DNA from: Ginglymostoma cirratum
Taxonomy: Eukaryota
DNA: 64,000 nt
Reading direction: 5' to 3'
Assembly: GCA_024137785.1 (NCBI GenBank)
Contig: JAHRHZ010000082.1
Coordinates: forward strand, 5,639,994 to 5,703,993
The notes under the pieces are model-generated. The model was not told where the DNA came from, searched no databases, and was given only the letters and a program-made list of their open reading frames with translations. Within the stretch, counting starts at the first letter, position 1. Each line of letters opens with the position of its first letter. A program made the position numbers and the translations under genes. This document shows, in pieces, positions 1 to 12,578 of the stretch.

Positions 1-800
1 TAAATAGTACTTTGATACCTGTTAACTCTCAGTCAATGACTGTTCCAGGATCTGAGGAATCTTAGAAAATCAAAACAAGTTTATCCATTATCTGCCATCA
101 GCTATTTGTTTTCGAACCATGGGATGCAGATCATTAGGGTCTGGTGGTTTGTTGGATTTTAATATCTTTAAATGCCTTTTCTCCATTAATATAAATTACT
201 TTAGGTTCCACAGTCTTATTTGTCCCTTGGTTCAACTTTATTCCTGTAATTTGGGTTTTCTACTGTGAAGGTAGACATAATATAGTTGTTCAATGTCTCT
301 ACAAGTTCCACATTCCTCATGATAATTTCTCCAATTACTCCCTCTAAGAGAACATTGTTGATTTTAACTACTCTACTTTTTTAAATTCCTGGCTAGATTA
401 CTGTCATATTTTATCCATGTTCATCAACTTCTTTGTCACCTTTTGTTGGTTTGTAAGTGTTCTTGATCATCAGGCTTACTGCTATTCTTTGCAACATTAT
501 AGGCCATTTTAAAAAATGTAATACTCCCTTCAACCTCCCTACTAAGCTACAGATGGAATTTCTTTGCTATGCTTTTTTTTTAGAAAGTGTGATGTATTTT
601 TGTTGAACATTTTACATTATTTCTTTAAATGTTTCCCACTGTAAATTTATCACCATATCTTTTAGTCTATTTATCCAATCAACCTTAGCCAGCTGTCTCT
701 TCATACCTGAATAATTAGCTTTGTTTAATTTTAAGAATTTTGTTCAGGGCTGTCCTACATCACTTTCAAACTCAACATGGAATTAAATGATATTGTGATT
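1..800 (-). mobile_element. Highly decayed CR1-like LINE fragment
   Basis: Pyrimidine-rich sequence resembling the antisense CR1 ORF2 remnant at 28900-29340; no intact ORF. Confidence 0.4.
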
Positions 801-1564
801 TTTACTGTGGCTGTGCACACATCCTACTCCCTATGTGTCATGTTTCTTATTGCTCCATTTAATACTGAGCAATATTTAAATGTAATGGTTGAGGTGCAAC
901 ATCAGTTCGGTGAGAATCATTGCAGGGCAGACCACCCAAAAGAGGATTTGCTTGTTCTTCTTTTTCATTTATGCGTTGAATCAACTCAGGCCCAGTGTAT
1001 ACCATGTTAGCAGTCTTGCTGCTTATTCTGAAATTCTGTCATCTCATTATTTTTCAAAGCATCATTTATGGTCCTCTCTGAGATTTATGCCATCCTGCCT
1101 TCCCCTTTCTTCAATTGTACAAACCATATATATCTTTTCCTTCAGTTGCTTGTGCTACCTTAGCCAATTCTCACACCAGTGTTCTATTTAATTTGTTTTT
1201 AGCATATCAACCTCATAAAATCTTTGTCAACTTATTGGCTTGACAGTCATGCTGTGCCCCAGCTTGAGATGTCATTCTCTGTAAAAACTGTGATATAAAT
1301 GCAAGTTGTTCTGAATGTTTTCCTTTCTTCATGTTCTAAACTTCCCTTAGCCTTACCAGCTATTTAATTTTTCATGCTGATCACCTTCACATTCAAGATT
1401 TTCCCCACGGCCCTAACCTCCCACTCTACCATATAATAATTTACAGTTGTTTCATCTGTTTTAATGCTCTCCCCACTCAATTTGCATCTGACTCCATTGT
1501 TTTCTATTATTTCATTTGAGCAACGATTTGAATGCTTTTCTCATACATTGCTTCCACCTTCTCC

Positions 1565-1675
1565 AAAGTTTAAGCTGTGGGCCCAGTGTGGAATGTGGGA
1601 CAAGTGTAGGAAGCAGCATATTATCAGAGGTACAGACTTGAGGGGCTGAAGGGCCTCTTCTGAGTCTTTGATTAT
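1565..1675 (+). mobile_element. CR1-like LINE 3' end fragment
   Basis: ...gacttgaggggctgaagggcctcttctg, a typical CR1 3' terminus motif shared with other copies in the window. Confidence 0.5.
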
Positions 1676-3929
1676 ATCCCCTCATGCCTATCACTGGAGC
1701 TATTCTTGTCTCTTCAAGAGACATTGTCCAATATTTAGCCTAGGCAATACATAGCCAAAAATGAATTGTCAGCTGAGCCAATTGGTAGTTCAAGCACTGA
1801 GATGATAGAAGTGCAAAGCCTGGCTTGAAACAGGAGTAATTTTGTAACTTCTTTCACAAATGTTATCAATTACGTATGTGCAAGGCTGCTAGGTTAAATT
1901 GGTCACTGTACCTTAGTGAGGTTGGAAAAAAACAACTTGGCACAGTGATCAATTACATCTAAAAAAGACAACTGTCGACTAATCTGGTCACAATCTATTT
2001 TAGGTTAAATGGTGCAAAAGCTTCAAACATGTGAGTAGGAAGGATATTCTCACATCAAACCAGAAGTGTGCTATGTAGCTTATTAGTCAAGACCAGAATG
2101 ATCAGCAGCAGTCTTGATATCTGAAACAGATGGTGGGTCACAATCAATTCCCCTTCTTTATTGTCTCATTTTCTAATTAACCTCTTTTCCAATCCTTCTT
2201 AATTATTTGTCGAGAGATGACTGCTGGTATTGAAGTGGCTCAAGTCAGGTTTACTGCTATAGTTTGTAACATTATAGGCCTTGTTTTGTTAATGGGGAAC
2301 TGTCCATTGTTGTCTACGACACATTAGTCTAATGGTAATAGACAATAGGGTCCAATGGTTCATGCACCTCTGCTTTCATCATTTAGCCACAAGAAAAATT
2401 GCTCCAACCAAATTACTAGCATTGCCTCTCAATTGGTATTGAACTGATGTTGATGCAGATGTCCAAAATCTGAACTTAACATCCTGATTGACACATAGAG
2501 ATCAAGATAGGCAGGAAATATGAATAAAACTTAAGCAATAAATAGTTAAACAATTAAAGTTAAAAACATTGAGTAATTATAACAAACAGAACCAACAGTA
2601 AATTTAATTCTGATTCTTCAAATTTTTCTTTATAATGTACAAACATTTTAAGGTTTACAAAGGATAAACAGACTTGTATATGCATAGCACCATTTGTATT
2701 CTCCAAAGATTTCAAAGCACTCGAATACAAATATTAATTGGCTGTGAACTGCAGCTCTAACAGTCCATGCAGCAATCAATTATACACTTAAGCCACATGT
2801 TTTTTCAGATATTTAAGCACTGCACGTCAGGACATGGTCATGAATAAACTTCTATAGGCCTATGTTATGAAGAAAAAATGTGACAAGACTAGAATTACCT
2901 CCAACTTACTCATTAATGAGATCAATATTCAAAGTCACACAAACAGCTAGTGTATCTCTTCAGCTTCATCATTTTCTACTTTCTGTTGAATTGGATTCCA
3001 TCAAATGCTTTCTAGGTATAACAATCAAATTACCAGTATGGGTCATAGCATATTCCATTAATTAGCTACAATAAGTAGTAAATTGCATTTAATTAATGGC
3101 TTGCTTGTCTTGCAACCATGATCCCTAATTCACTCTTTTCTAATTCCACAAAAGATACCTCTATCCCAAGATGTTCTTTATTCTATGGAGAATTGGTTCA
3201 GACATTTTTTTAATTGCTCCCATTCTTCATGAATTTTAATGCTCCCCCAAATTGAAAAGATAATGAACAGTGATTTTACAGCAAGCAATTTTGTACAAAG
3301 AATTTCATTAACGGCATTAAGATTAACCAATCATGATACAGTTAACACATTGTTTGCATAACTTCTTACTCAGTTTTATAGTCACCAGTGACCTAAAAAA
3401 TTTGCCTAACAAAGTCTACAGATGGAACAAGTGTTATATGTTGTACTTGGTGTACACGTTTACTTTGTTATTATGAATGCAGTCTGAAAGCAACAAGGTT
3501 TAAAAGTGAGAGTGATGCATCACGGAATTTGCAAAATTTTTCCAAGATTAATGTCATTTTACTCACCCCAATAGTCAGATTTATGGTAAATGTCATGTAT
3601 TACAGTTGTTGATGTATCATGCATCGAAAACACCTTTCCAGCATTCCTTCAAAAGATTACTCTTAATGTTGTACCTTTATCATTCAATAGCCTGCTGTTG
3701 GAATCTATCAAGGATTAAAAGTTACAAATCATCGGGTTGAATTAAATTATTCAAATGTAATCTTACTCAGTGATGCCATTGCATAAATATCATATTCAAG
3801 GATGCCAGGAATTATATAAAACCTGTTTCACATACACATTAATAATCAAAAACTAGTTTGGAGACGTGCCCTCTTTAATCACTCAGTAAATTAAGAAAAG
3901 CAGTGGTATCTGAAGGACAATACCTCAAC

Positions 3930-5562
3930 ACAAAACAAAATCAAAATACTGCCAACATTGGAAATACAGAAAATACGGGTCAAATGCAGCAGGCCAGGCA
4001 GCAAATGCAGAGAGTGAAACAGAGTCAAAGGATGATAGTTAATTCCCTCTCCCATGGTGGATTTGGTGCTGGGGAAGCAAATAATCAGTGAGTGGGAGGT
4101 TTGTGGGGTTGACACCTCTACCTTGTTAAGTTTATGGTGGGAAGGCTTTACTGCTAAATAACACCCTTAAGTGGGTAATTAAAGTACTAACCTAATGGCA
4201 ATGAGGGTCTCAGCTTAAGAAAACAAGAACTAGGAGCACGAGTGAACAATTCAGTCCTCAAGCTTGCTCTGCCATTATTTGTGATCATGGCTGTATTATG
4301 AGAGCTTCAGCTACACTTTCCTGCCTATTCTCCATAACTATGTAACCTATTACTAGTTAAAAATCTGTCTATCTCTTCCTTAAGTTTATTCAGTATCTGA
4401 ATCCACCATATTCTAGGGTAGAGAGTTCCACAGTTCCATGACCGTTTGAGAGAAATAAATTCTCTTCATCTGTTTTAAGACTGCCACCCCTTATCCTAAA
4501 ACAACGTCCTCCCATTCTAGATTGCCCCACAAAACATCTACTGCATCTACTTTGTTAATCCTCTTTAGCATCAATGTCCTTCAATTAGATCTCTCCTCAT
4601 CCTTCCAAACTCCAGTAAGTACAGGCCTAATCTGTTCAATCTCCTCTCAGAAGACAAAACTTTCATTTCTAGAGGTAGTCTTGTGAACTTTCTCTGAATT
4701 GCCTCCAATGCAATTGCATCTTTCCTCAAGTAAGAGGATAAAAACTGTACAGAGTACTCCTGATGTGATCTCATGCAGCATAAGGGGAGCATGACAAGCA
4801 AACTTGTGAGGTTGCTTGCAGATTCCTAAGGATTCTTTGTTCAAAACTACCCAGTGCTGAACAAGTAATTGGCATTGGAAATGGTGATCCACTAAGAGTC
4901 ACTTCCTACCTTTGCTGGCGGCACCCTCCTTCATATCATGCCATCACTCAGTTGTCATTCATTAGAATGCCAGCTTCAAATTGTCAGCACTGCTTGCTAG
5001 TGGGGTTTACACCACCAGGTCCCTTGATCCTGGGAAATGTCCAACATTGCCCAGTTTAGTGTCTGAGTGGTATAATTTAGCAGATCTTTGGCAAAAAGAA
5101 GTGATAGTCTTGCCCAGTGAAGTCTTGCCAAGATCCAACTGCCTCCATTGAATCTAGCCCAACCTTTCAGGTCAATGACCTATTATCAGAAGTGGGAAAA
5201 TTTAGAAATGTAATAGGTTTTAAGGCAAGTGAAAGAGGGGAGGCTGGAATAAGAGCAAAGAGGAAGGTCTATGATAAGGTGAAATCCAGGAGACACTAAA
5301 TTACAGAAGTATTATTAGTACAGAGTTAGTTAGTGTGGAATAGTAATTGAGCAACTAAAGAAACAAGAGAGTTGTCCTAAGCAGATTTGAATGGCAAATG
5401 GTGAACAGCTGCATTACAAAAACAAGTAAATAGTGAAAGTAAAACCAAACCCTGCAAAAGAACAGGAAAGTAAATGGTGCAGAGATTATGGTCTGAAGTT
5501 GTTAATGCAATGTTGGCTCCAAAGACTGTAAAATGTCTGATCAAAAGGTGAGATGCTGTTGC
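3930..5562 (-). mobile_element. Penelope-like element (3930-4030 + 5160-5562) split by a nested insertion
   Basis: 5490-5562 encodes a decayed GIY-YIG C-terminus (QHLTF*SDILQ..GANI..NNFR). A degenerate hammerhead CTGATAA-T-AGGTCAtTGACCT-GAAA lies at ~5161-5190. 3930-4030 matches the terminal repeat also seen at 25810-25930 and 44670-44860. Confidence 0.6.
4218..4775 (-). mobile_element. CR1 LINE 3' fragment
   Basis: ORF 4571-4801 YSVQFLSSYLRKDAIALEAIQRKFTRL...LNRLGLYLLEFGRMRRDLIE is the CR1 ORF2 C-terminus; followed by 3'UTR. Confidence 0.88.
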
Positions 5563-6159
5563 ATTGACCACAATCTAGCCTAAATTTTAGATCTAAACTG
5601 AAGCAAATGCCAGAAGGTGGCTTCTATATCTTTAAACAATTTCATGTTTAGTATTCCAGTGTCATCTTTTCTTTTTCCTCATTTTGGTTTCCGCTGATTA
5701 TTTTACATTTGTTTTTGATTCCATCAAACCTCTGATATGTTTTTAATTTGGTTTCCTAAACATTATTTCCAAATCCCTGTTGACATTGTAAAATGTGATC
5801 ATCTTCTCTCAACCTGTAACTTATGTCTGAGTGGAGGCTTGACCAGATAACTGATTCATGATGTAGTACCAAACCATTTTGACAGTTTAAAGTTCAACTC
5901 AGTCAACATGATAAAGTTCATAACACCATATTTTATGATTAGAATGCTATCTTAACAGGTTTTGATTTAAGCATATCCAAGTGTTAAAGCCTATGCCTGA
6001 ATAATTAAATCAAATGTTATAAATAATGAAGCAAATTGACAAAACAAATTTGATTCCATTTGGAATTGGAATTTTAAATGTGGCTAACATTTGATTCTCT
6101 GTCATTTCTTGCATACACTTAAATTGAGTTGGCTGATGGTTATTTGCTAGGCTCAGTTA

Positions 6160-6490
6160 TGCTGGTAGACTGATAACAGAGGCTTGGAATAAATAGTTCA
6201 AAGGAGGTAGGTTCCTGAATGGCAGTTTGAGAATTCATTTTTTAAAAAAATAAATCTGTGAAAAAATTGCTGTTATTAATAAGTCACCATGAAGCTTGCA
6301 GTTCTTATTAGGTCTAGTTCCACAGCTATCTGTTTGACTCTACAGAATTATCGCAAAAAGCAAAAAACATATTACAACTATTTTCAACACTCCAATAGTT
6401 CAAGAAGAAGGCCCACGATCACCTTCTCAAAACAGTTCGGTTGGGCAAATATGTCTTGACCTTGCCAACATTGACCACATCCCAGGAAAG
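6160..6490 (+). mobile_element. Decayed tRNA-derived SINE
   Basis: Partial similarity to the SINE family at 30213-30568 and 48265-48625, in the opposite orientation. Confidence 0.4.
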
Positions 6491-6749
6491 AGTTTCAGTG
6501 GTTCCATATAAGCATGCGTGTACTCAGAATTGTTTCCACGAGTTTGAGCAGTAAGAAAAAATACTGCTGTGACTATGATTTAATAGGATTTATGTTCCAC
6601 AATTTTACATTCAGTACGTTACCCGGGCGCACGTTCTCATAGGCTTTCGCTTTATTCTATCGTTCTTGCCACCACTCGAGTAAAAATCACCCAGTGATTT
6701 GTGTTTTGTAGGATTTCATTCAAGCAGAAACTTGCAACCCTGGAATGCA

Positions 6750-6910
6750 TGAAGAATTATAATTCAGACGCAATTCTGTTTACCCCCCCAAAAAAAGCCC
6801 AGCAAATGTTTATTTCAAGGCATTCTGAAGAATTATAGTTTAGAGGCAATTCTGCTCCCCTTCCCCCCTCCAAAAAAAGGCCCAGCAAATGTTTATTTCA
6901 AGGCATTCTG
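6750..6910. repeat. Two-copy tandem duplication (76 and 83 bp units)
   Basis: tgaagaattata...gcaattctg...ccaaaaaaagcccagcaaatgtttatttcaaggcattc occurs at 6750-6825 and 6826-6908. Confidence 0.9.
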
Positions 6911-7745
6911 ATCGAACTTCTGGCTGCTCTTTACAATAATGCTGGGCTTGCGTTGCATGTGCAGGTAGCGGTCTGGTAGCTAGAAGTGGGATTCCATGTA
7001 TAAAACTGAGACAATAAAGGACGGCATTCAGTTTTCAACTGCTATTGAAGCACCCATTGGAAGTGAAAGCCAATTGAATTCTGAGAGGTTAAACTAATTC
7101 CCGCATTCCTAGCTGACTGTATAATCAGGTCTCTGCACAATGCAAACCAGAAGTGAACGAGTGACTGCGCCAAAACAAAAAAAAAGTCGGGATGTACTTA
7201 AGGCCTCTCCCCATTCCGACCCCCCCCCCCCCCCCCCTCCTAGGATAGTTCATAAATATCCACCCCAGTCCTGACGACAAATTTGGGATGACTGGAGAAC
7301 TGCATAGTATTTGACTGCAATGCTAAGAATGTTCAGAACACGACTTGTGTGGAAGCGTCTGTCTCCCACTGTAGAATGTTGTTTGAGCTATAGACACTCA
7401 TCGTTGGAAAGCAGGCACATTTTCTGGGAAATTAAGAGTGCGCCCGGTTGTGTATTCTGTTCGTTAAAGCTAAACAAGATCCGTAAACGTTCATGTCCTG
7501 ATGTATGCCTGGATTGTGCATGTTCCCTATACAACAAGTGGCTACAACGTCCAGAGCGTTCAAAATCTCGCCTGACTTTTTAAAAAATTCGCTTTTCTCC
7601 TTCTTTCCTAGAATTGTCTCACCTGTCTTTGCTGAGACAATCATAATAATGCAAGTTGGTGGAGACGTTAGTGTAAATGTGTAGTCATGGTGAAAGAAGC
7701 AAAGTATTTCGGAGATAGCAAGACCTGCACATGCTGGAATCAGAA

Positions 7746-7926
7746 TCGACACACTGTGGAGCTGGAGGAACACAGCAGGTCAGGCAGCATCAGAGGAGCA
7801 GGAGAGTCGATGTTTCGGGCCTAGATCCTTTTCACTGACATCAGTCCTGATGAAGGGTCTAGGCCCGAAATGTCGACTTTGATGCTGCCTGACCTGCTGT
7901 GTTCCTCCAACTCGACAGTGTGTCGA
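7746..7926. mobile_element. Palindromic Penelope-derived element (two inverted terminal-repeat copies) containing a hammerhead motif
   Basis: Arms tcgacacactgt...cagcaggtcaggcagcatca and tgatgctgcctgacctgctg...acagtgtgtcga are reverse complements; same family as 47332-47430 and 62751-62878. Confidence 0.85.
7839..7884 (+). ncRNA. Minimal type I hammerhead ribozyme motif
   Basis: Stem I CAUC-AGUC / GACU-uu-GAUG; core CUGAUGA(A); stem II GGGU-cuag-GCCC; GAAA-UGUC cleavage site. Confidence 0.6.
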
Positions 7927-9019
7927 AACAAGGTATTTGTTTTAACTAGCGAAATGCTTCTTGCCCTTTGTTAAAAGGCTCAGTCCCGCAAACCCGCCCC
8001 GCGACTGTGAGGTTCAGACCGATGAGGTAGGTTACTAATGTCGAGAGCCAGCATGGGACACGAGGCAGGTAAGCGCTTTGACGATCTCAGGGAATCATTA
8101 TTGTCCCATACGTGTGTGTAGGCCCGAGGCTTCTTTCTTTGATATGTAAAATTCCATTATCAGCACTACATGCAGCAAGAACCCGGGGTGTTCTAGTGAA
8201 ACTTCGATGCAGATTGTTATCTGAGTGTTTTCGCTTTGTGTTCAGCGAAAGAAGTCGCTATCGTTAGAAGAGTTCAAAGGCCATTCCCGGAATTTACTGT
8301 GCAAACAATTACATTCTGTCTTTGCCTTAAGAAGTTGGCGGGTTGTAACCTCCATATTAACATATGGGCGTTGCATCTTCCAACAAACTGGACTTTGCTA
8401 CAAAAATGAGGCCTAAAAGATTAACTTTAGTTTCACTGACATTGTGTCATCGTGTCACTGGTGTTGACTTGCATAAAAATTCACTCTGTATCCCCGGCGA
8501 TATAAGCAGTCATTGAAAATCAAACCTTGGTAGAGTATTCGGATCTTTCTCTTCTTTTGATCTAAAACGGCACTTTAATTGGTTGGTTATTTATATACTG
8601 GCAAGACTGAAGTGCAATGGCCTTGAATGTTTTAATTGACCTAGTGAGGCACAGTCGGAAACTTTGGTTTCACTTGTGCAATAAACAGAGGCCTTTCTTT
8701 TATATTATTTAACGCCTGAGTCTTTCGGAACTTGCACAATGTTCTGACTTGAAAAGTTTTTTTTCCATTCATCGCAATAACAAAGCAGCTGTATTTAATT
8801 TGCATACAATTGCAGTAACACATTTCCCCGTACATTTGCTGTACAAATAGATGTTTTACAAAATTGTGTTACAAATAAAATGCACTTTAGTTGTTCAATA
8901 ACAGAGGCGTTAAAAATACATTAAATAAAGATGTGCATTTATATAGGGCCCTACCCGCCCGCAGGATGCCGCAAAATGCACTATCCAAGAAAGTGTGGAT
9001 ACTTTATGAATAAATTATG

Positions 9020-9135
9020 GACTCTGATGAAGAGTCGCCAGACTTTGCTTCTCACAGATTCTGCCAGGCCTGTTGAGTTTCACCAGCAATTTCCGTTTTT
9101 GTTTCAGATCTCCAGGATCATCAGTTCTTTGATTA
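9020..9135 (+). mobile_element. Penelope-like terminal repeat remnant
   Basis: ctctgatgaagagtc...cacagattctgccaggcctgttgagtttcaccagcaatttccgtttttgtttcagat, similar to 44727-44830. Confidence 0.55.
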
Positions 9136-9244
9136 TATCCATCAAAATCGTTGTTTGAGGTGTAGTTATTGTTGTAATGGAGGAAATTTGGCAGCTAATT
9201 TGAACACAGTTAGCTTTCACTACCACTCATCGGTATTTTTAATT

Positions 9245-9350
9245 ATCCTGTTCAGGGATTTTTGGTACACCTCTGGAGCAGTTGCGACTTTCAACCCGAG
9301 GCTCTTGGCTCAGAGGAAGGGACATGACCACTGCGCCACAAGAGCTCCCT
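9245..9350 (-). mobile_element. Short tRNA-head SINE remnant (related copies ~22460-22550 and ~24790-24930)
   Basis: The minus strand reads gtggcgcagtgg (A box)...gggttgaaagtc (B-box-like)...ctccagaggtg. Confidence 0.5.
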
Positions 9351-12300
9351 TTGTAAGGTGAAACTCACTACTCTATGTAAACTTTTCCACACCATCTTAT
9401 ATGACTATGACCAGATAAACCCCTTTTTGACATATCCATTGAATGATGAATATTGGTTGGCCCATCAAAAAGAATTGCCCTACTCTTAAAAATAGTGTAA
9501 TGGAACGTTTCCTCCAACTGAGAGATCACAGCCGGCTGGAATGAGATTCTACACACTTGTAAAGTCAGTGTTCAACCCAGAGAGATAGTTGTGCAATAAT
9601 CAAGCTTTATCACGTCTTTAAAAGTGTAATTGCACTGGAATTGACAAGCCCTAACCTAACGTTATGTCAAGTTTATTTTCCCTACATCCATTCAGTGATT
9701 ATAAACAAGAAGCGGACGGTAAAGTACTGCTTGACACAGAGTGAGGGGAAGCAGGGCATTATAGGCAGCAACATCTCGTTTGCTACATTTAACTGCTCAT
9801 GTGCAGTGACTGCATCTTCTTGCCTGATTTCCAAGTGAATAATGATGAGGGCTACTACCCGACATCAGCCCTCTACCTCGCACCCCCCGCCCCCCAACTT
9901 TGAACGCAAAATCTGACCGGTTGTATAGTATCATTTGGGTAAAGGAGCGCTGACAGAGTTGAAATATGAGAATGGACCAAAAAGCAATTGTGGTGATTGA
10001 TAGCGTTTTGTTTTTAATGGATAACGTTTTAGCCATTTGGAAGAACTCTCAGGCGTCGGTAAGTGTTTTATTTTTGTTCTGTTCATCTGCTGTAAACTGG
10101 CCTCTTCATTAGAAAGTATAATAAATAGCAATGTGGGATAAATATTCATTCTTAGATTCTCTAGAGGCTTTATTGATCTCCTTCCAAGTATCATCCAAAA
10201 TGATTTGATGCCCAGAAACTATTGTTATTTCAGGGTTCAGGGTTCAAATTACACAGAACAGGGATGAGTCCGAGTACAAGAAGAGTATTGAACAGTTTCC
10301 AATCCAACCTGAGGATACCAAATTAACCAAATAAGCGTGGCCAATTCAGCAATCTGATGGTTGGTCCTTAGAATTAATCAGTATTCAGACTGAAAGGAAA
10401 ATTTAAACCTAATATTCTTTTTGAATCCACCTCAGTATTACTATTGCTGACAATCCGGCACTAAAGCAAACATAGCCGCCTGAAATCTAGATTGATGACA
10501 CTGGTATATTTTTCCCTAAGATTTGTTGATCCATTCATCAGTCTTATTTGAAAACAAGTCCAGAGTTTTGAATCTGACTGTCAGGAACCATTGTTCATTT
10601 TCCTTTAAGATCTGTTCTGGAACATCACTCAAACGGATGGGTCGCAAATATCCTCCATCCAACTATTTTTGCTGTCTCAGCCATAAGGTCCGCACACTTA
10701 ATGAGTTGTAATGGTCTCTACTCAGCCGTGGCACAATGATCCACAGCACGTAACTGAATCAGAATGTAATACGAACAACTACGTTCTTGGCGGCTCAATT
10801 GACAAGAACCTTGTTCGGTCCAGCTCCTTTCTGCGGATTACGGCCTATCATTGAGAGGAGAGATAGGAGTTTGAACAGGCCAATGATTAGCATTGTCTCT
10901 GGACGCCAAGAGCTGGCAAATATTTTTGCTTTGTTTTTTGCTGGCGGCGATGCCCTTCAACTTGAGGAGCACGTAGCGTACCACAGACGTATACGTTTCA
11001 ATGTGTTTTAAAATAACAAATTGTATCTGTTTGTTTATCGTTCGCAAAGCTCGCTCTCACAGTGTTTCAATGAAGCGGGGCACGTGGATATATCTATTTG
11101 GCAGTCAGTTTAGCTCGACAACATTCGAAAATATGCATCCTTTCTGGGGAAATAACCAAAGCCTGAAATACTACCCGAATGCCTACAATTAACAAGTATT
11201 AAAGAGATGGAACCTTTCGACCGCATCTATTTATTTTCCAAGATTATGGAAATTGATCGTCACAATCTATCAGCATGAGTGAGAAAGTGACACCTGCAGT
11301 TAATTGAATTACTATAACAGACAATTTTCATTTTGCACATATTTATTTTCATCTTCTTAAAGGTCGCTGCCTCATGTGTTTCTCGTCTTGTTACCTTGGA
11401 TATGGTCCACTTATCTTTGCCTTACAGTATTTTGGAGCCATCTCTCCAACAGCTACCTGTTGGACCACCACATCAACCAACGCCATTTCTGTGTGCATGC
11501 GAGAAGGCATTCACTGAACAGATTTCCGTAAAAACATATACAGTCACAACCCTGGAACAACAAATCTAGGAAGAAACTGAGGCACCAGTGTATTTTAATT
11601 TCAAAGAGACCTTTAAATTAGCTCGAAAGCACATCGATGGTTTGTGTCCTGATATAGATGCTTGAGTCGCCTTTTTGCCAAGTACGTAAATTAAATTTAT
11701 GGGAATTTCTCTTTCTGAGAACCCTTTGTGTTCTTTCCGACTGCAGAAATTCAAACATAAATCCCCCAGAAATGAGACCATCCAACTTTCAGGGACCGTC
11801 GAATCACCTTAAGGAACACGTCTCACTTGGTACAATTTTCATGGCCTGTGGCGTTAATCACAGAGTCACAGATGTGTGACAGCACTGAAGGAGATACTTT
11901 GGCCCATCATATCTGCACCTGCTCTCCCAATGAACGTTATGATTTACTAAATCACAAACCTTGGGACAAGGGGAAAGACTGCATGCACTGTCATTCTGCT
12001 AGTGGTTTTTTTCAGTCGTTGAAAGCAAATTTGATTGTTGAATGCTACTAGTTGTATTTGGAAAGAATGTTTCTATGCACCTTTTCTGACTTCAACTTTC
12101 CTCTTTGGAGAAAATGCCGGCTATTTTCGTTCGCTATAGTGCAAAAGTGTGTCTTTATTGCCGACTGCAAGGCAAATTAACACAGAGAACGCATTCTACG
12201 TCTTTGTTTGGAGTAGTAAGGCGCACATTAATTTGCAAAAGACCACCAACCAATTTACGCAAATTTAACACAGTGGTGTTTAGTTGAAGTAATGTCAGTA

Positions 12301-12578
12301 TTTATTGCTTGAAAGTATCTGCTGTGAAAGTTGAAGCTTGTCAATGCTCACTAGTAAAACTAGGGGTCAATGATGATATCCAGAAACAATTCTTTCCTTA
12401 AGTCCTGTTATAATAAAGCTTACCGACTTCAGTTAGAACGCCTTTGTTATCTGAAGAATATATGGTGCGTCAATGAAAAGACTTCAGCACTCCAAGGCAA
12501 GGCCCAGGGCAACTTGCCCCAATAAAGCCTGCTAGGAATCTGTATTTAGTGAAGTTACAGTTATACATAGCAATGGAA

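Noticed and set aside
6750-6910. Direct repeats as a possible array (CRISPR-like)
   Set aside because: Only two adjacent copies with no spacers, in eukaryotic DNA; a simple tandem duplication.
12368-12456. ATGATGA...CTGA spacing suggestive of a C/D box snoRNA
   Set aside because: No terminal stem, no recognisable rRNA guide, and not in an evident host intron.
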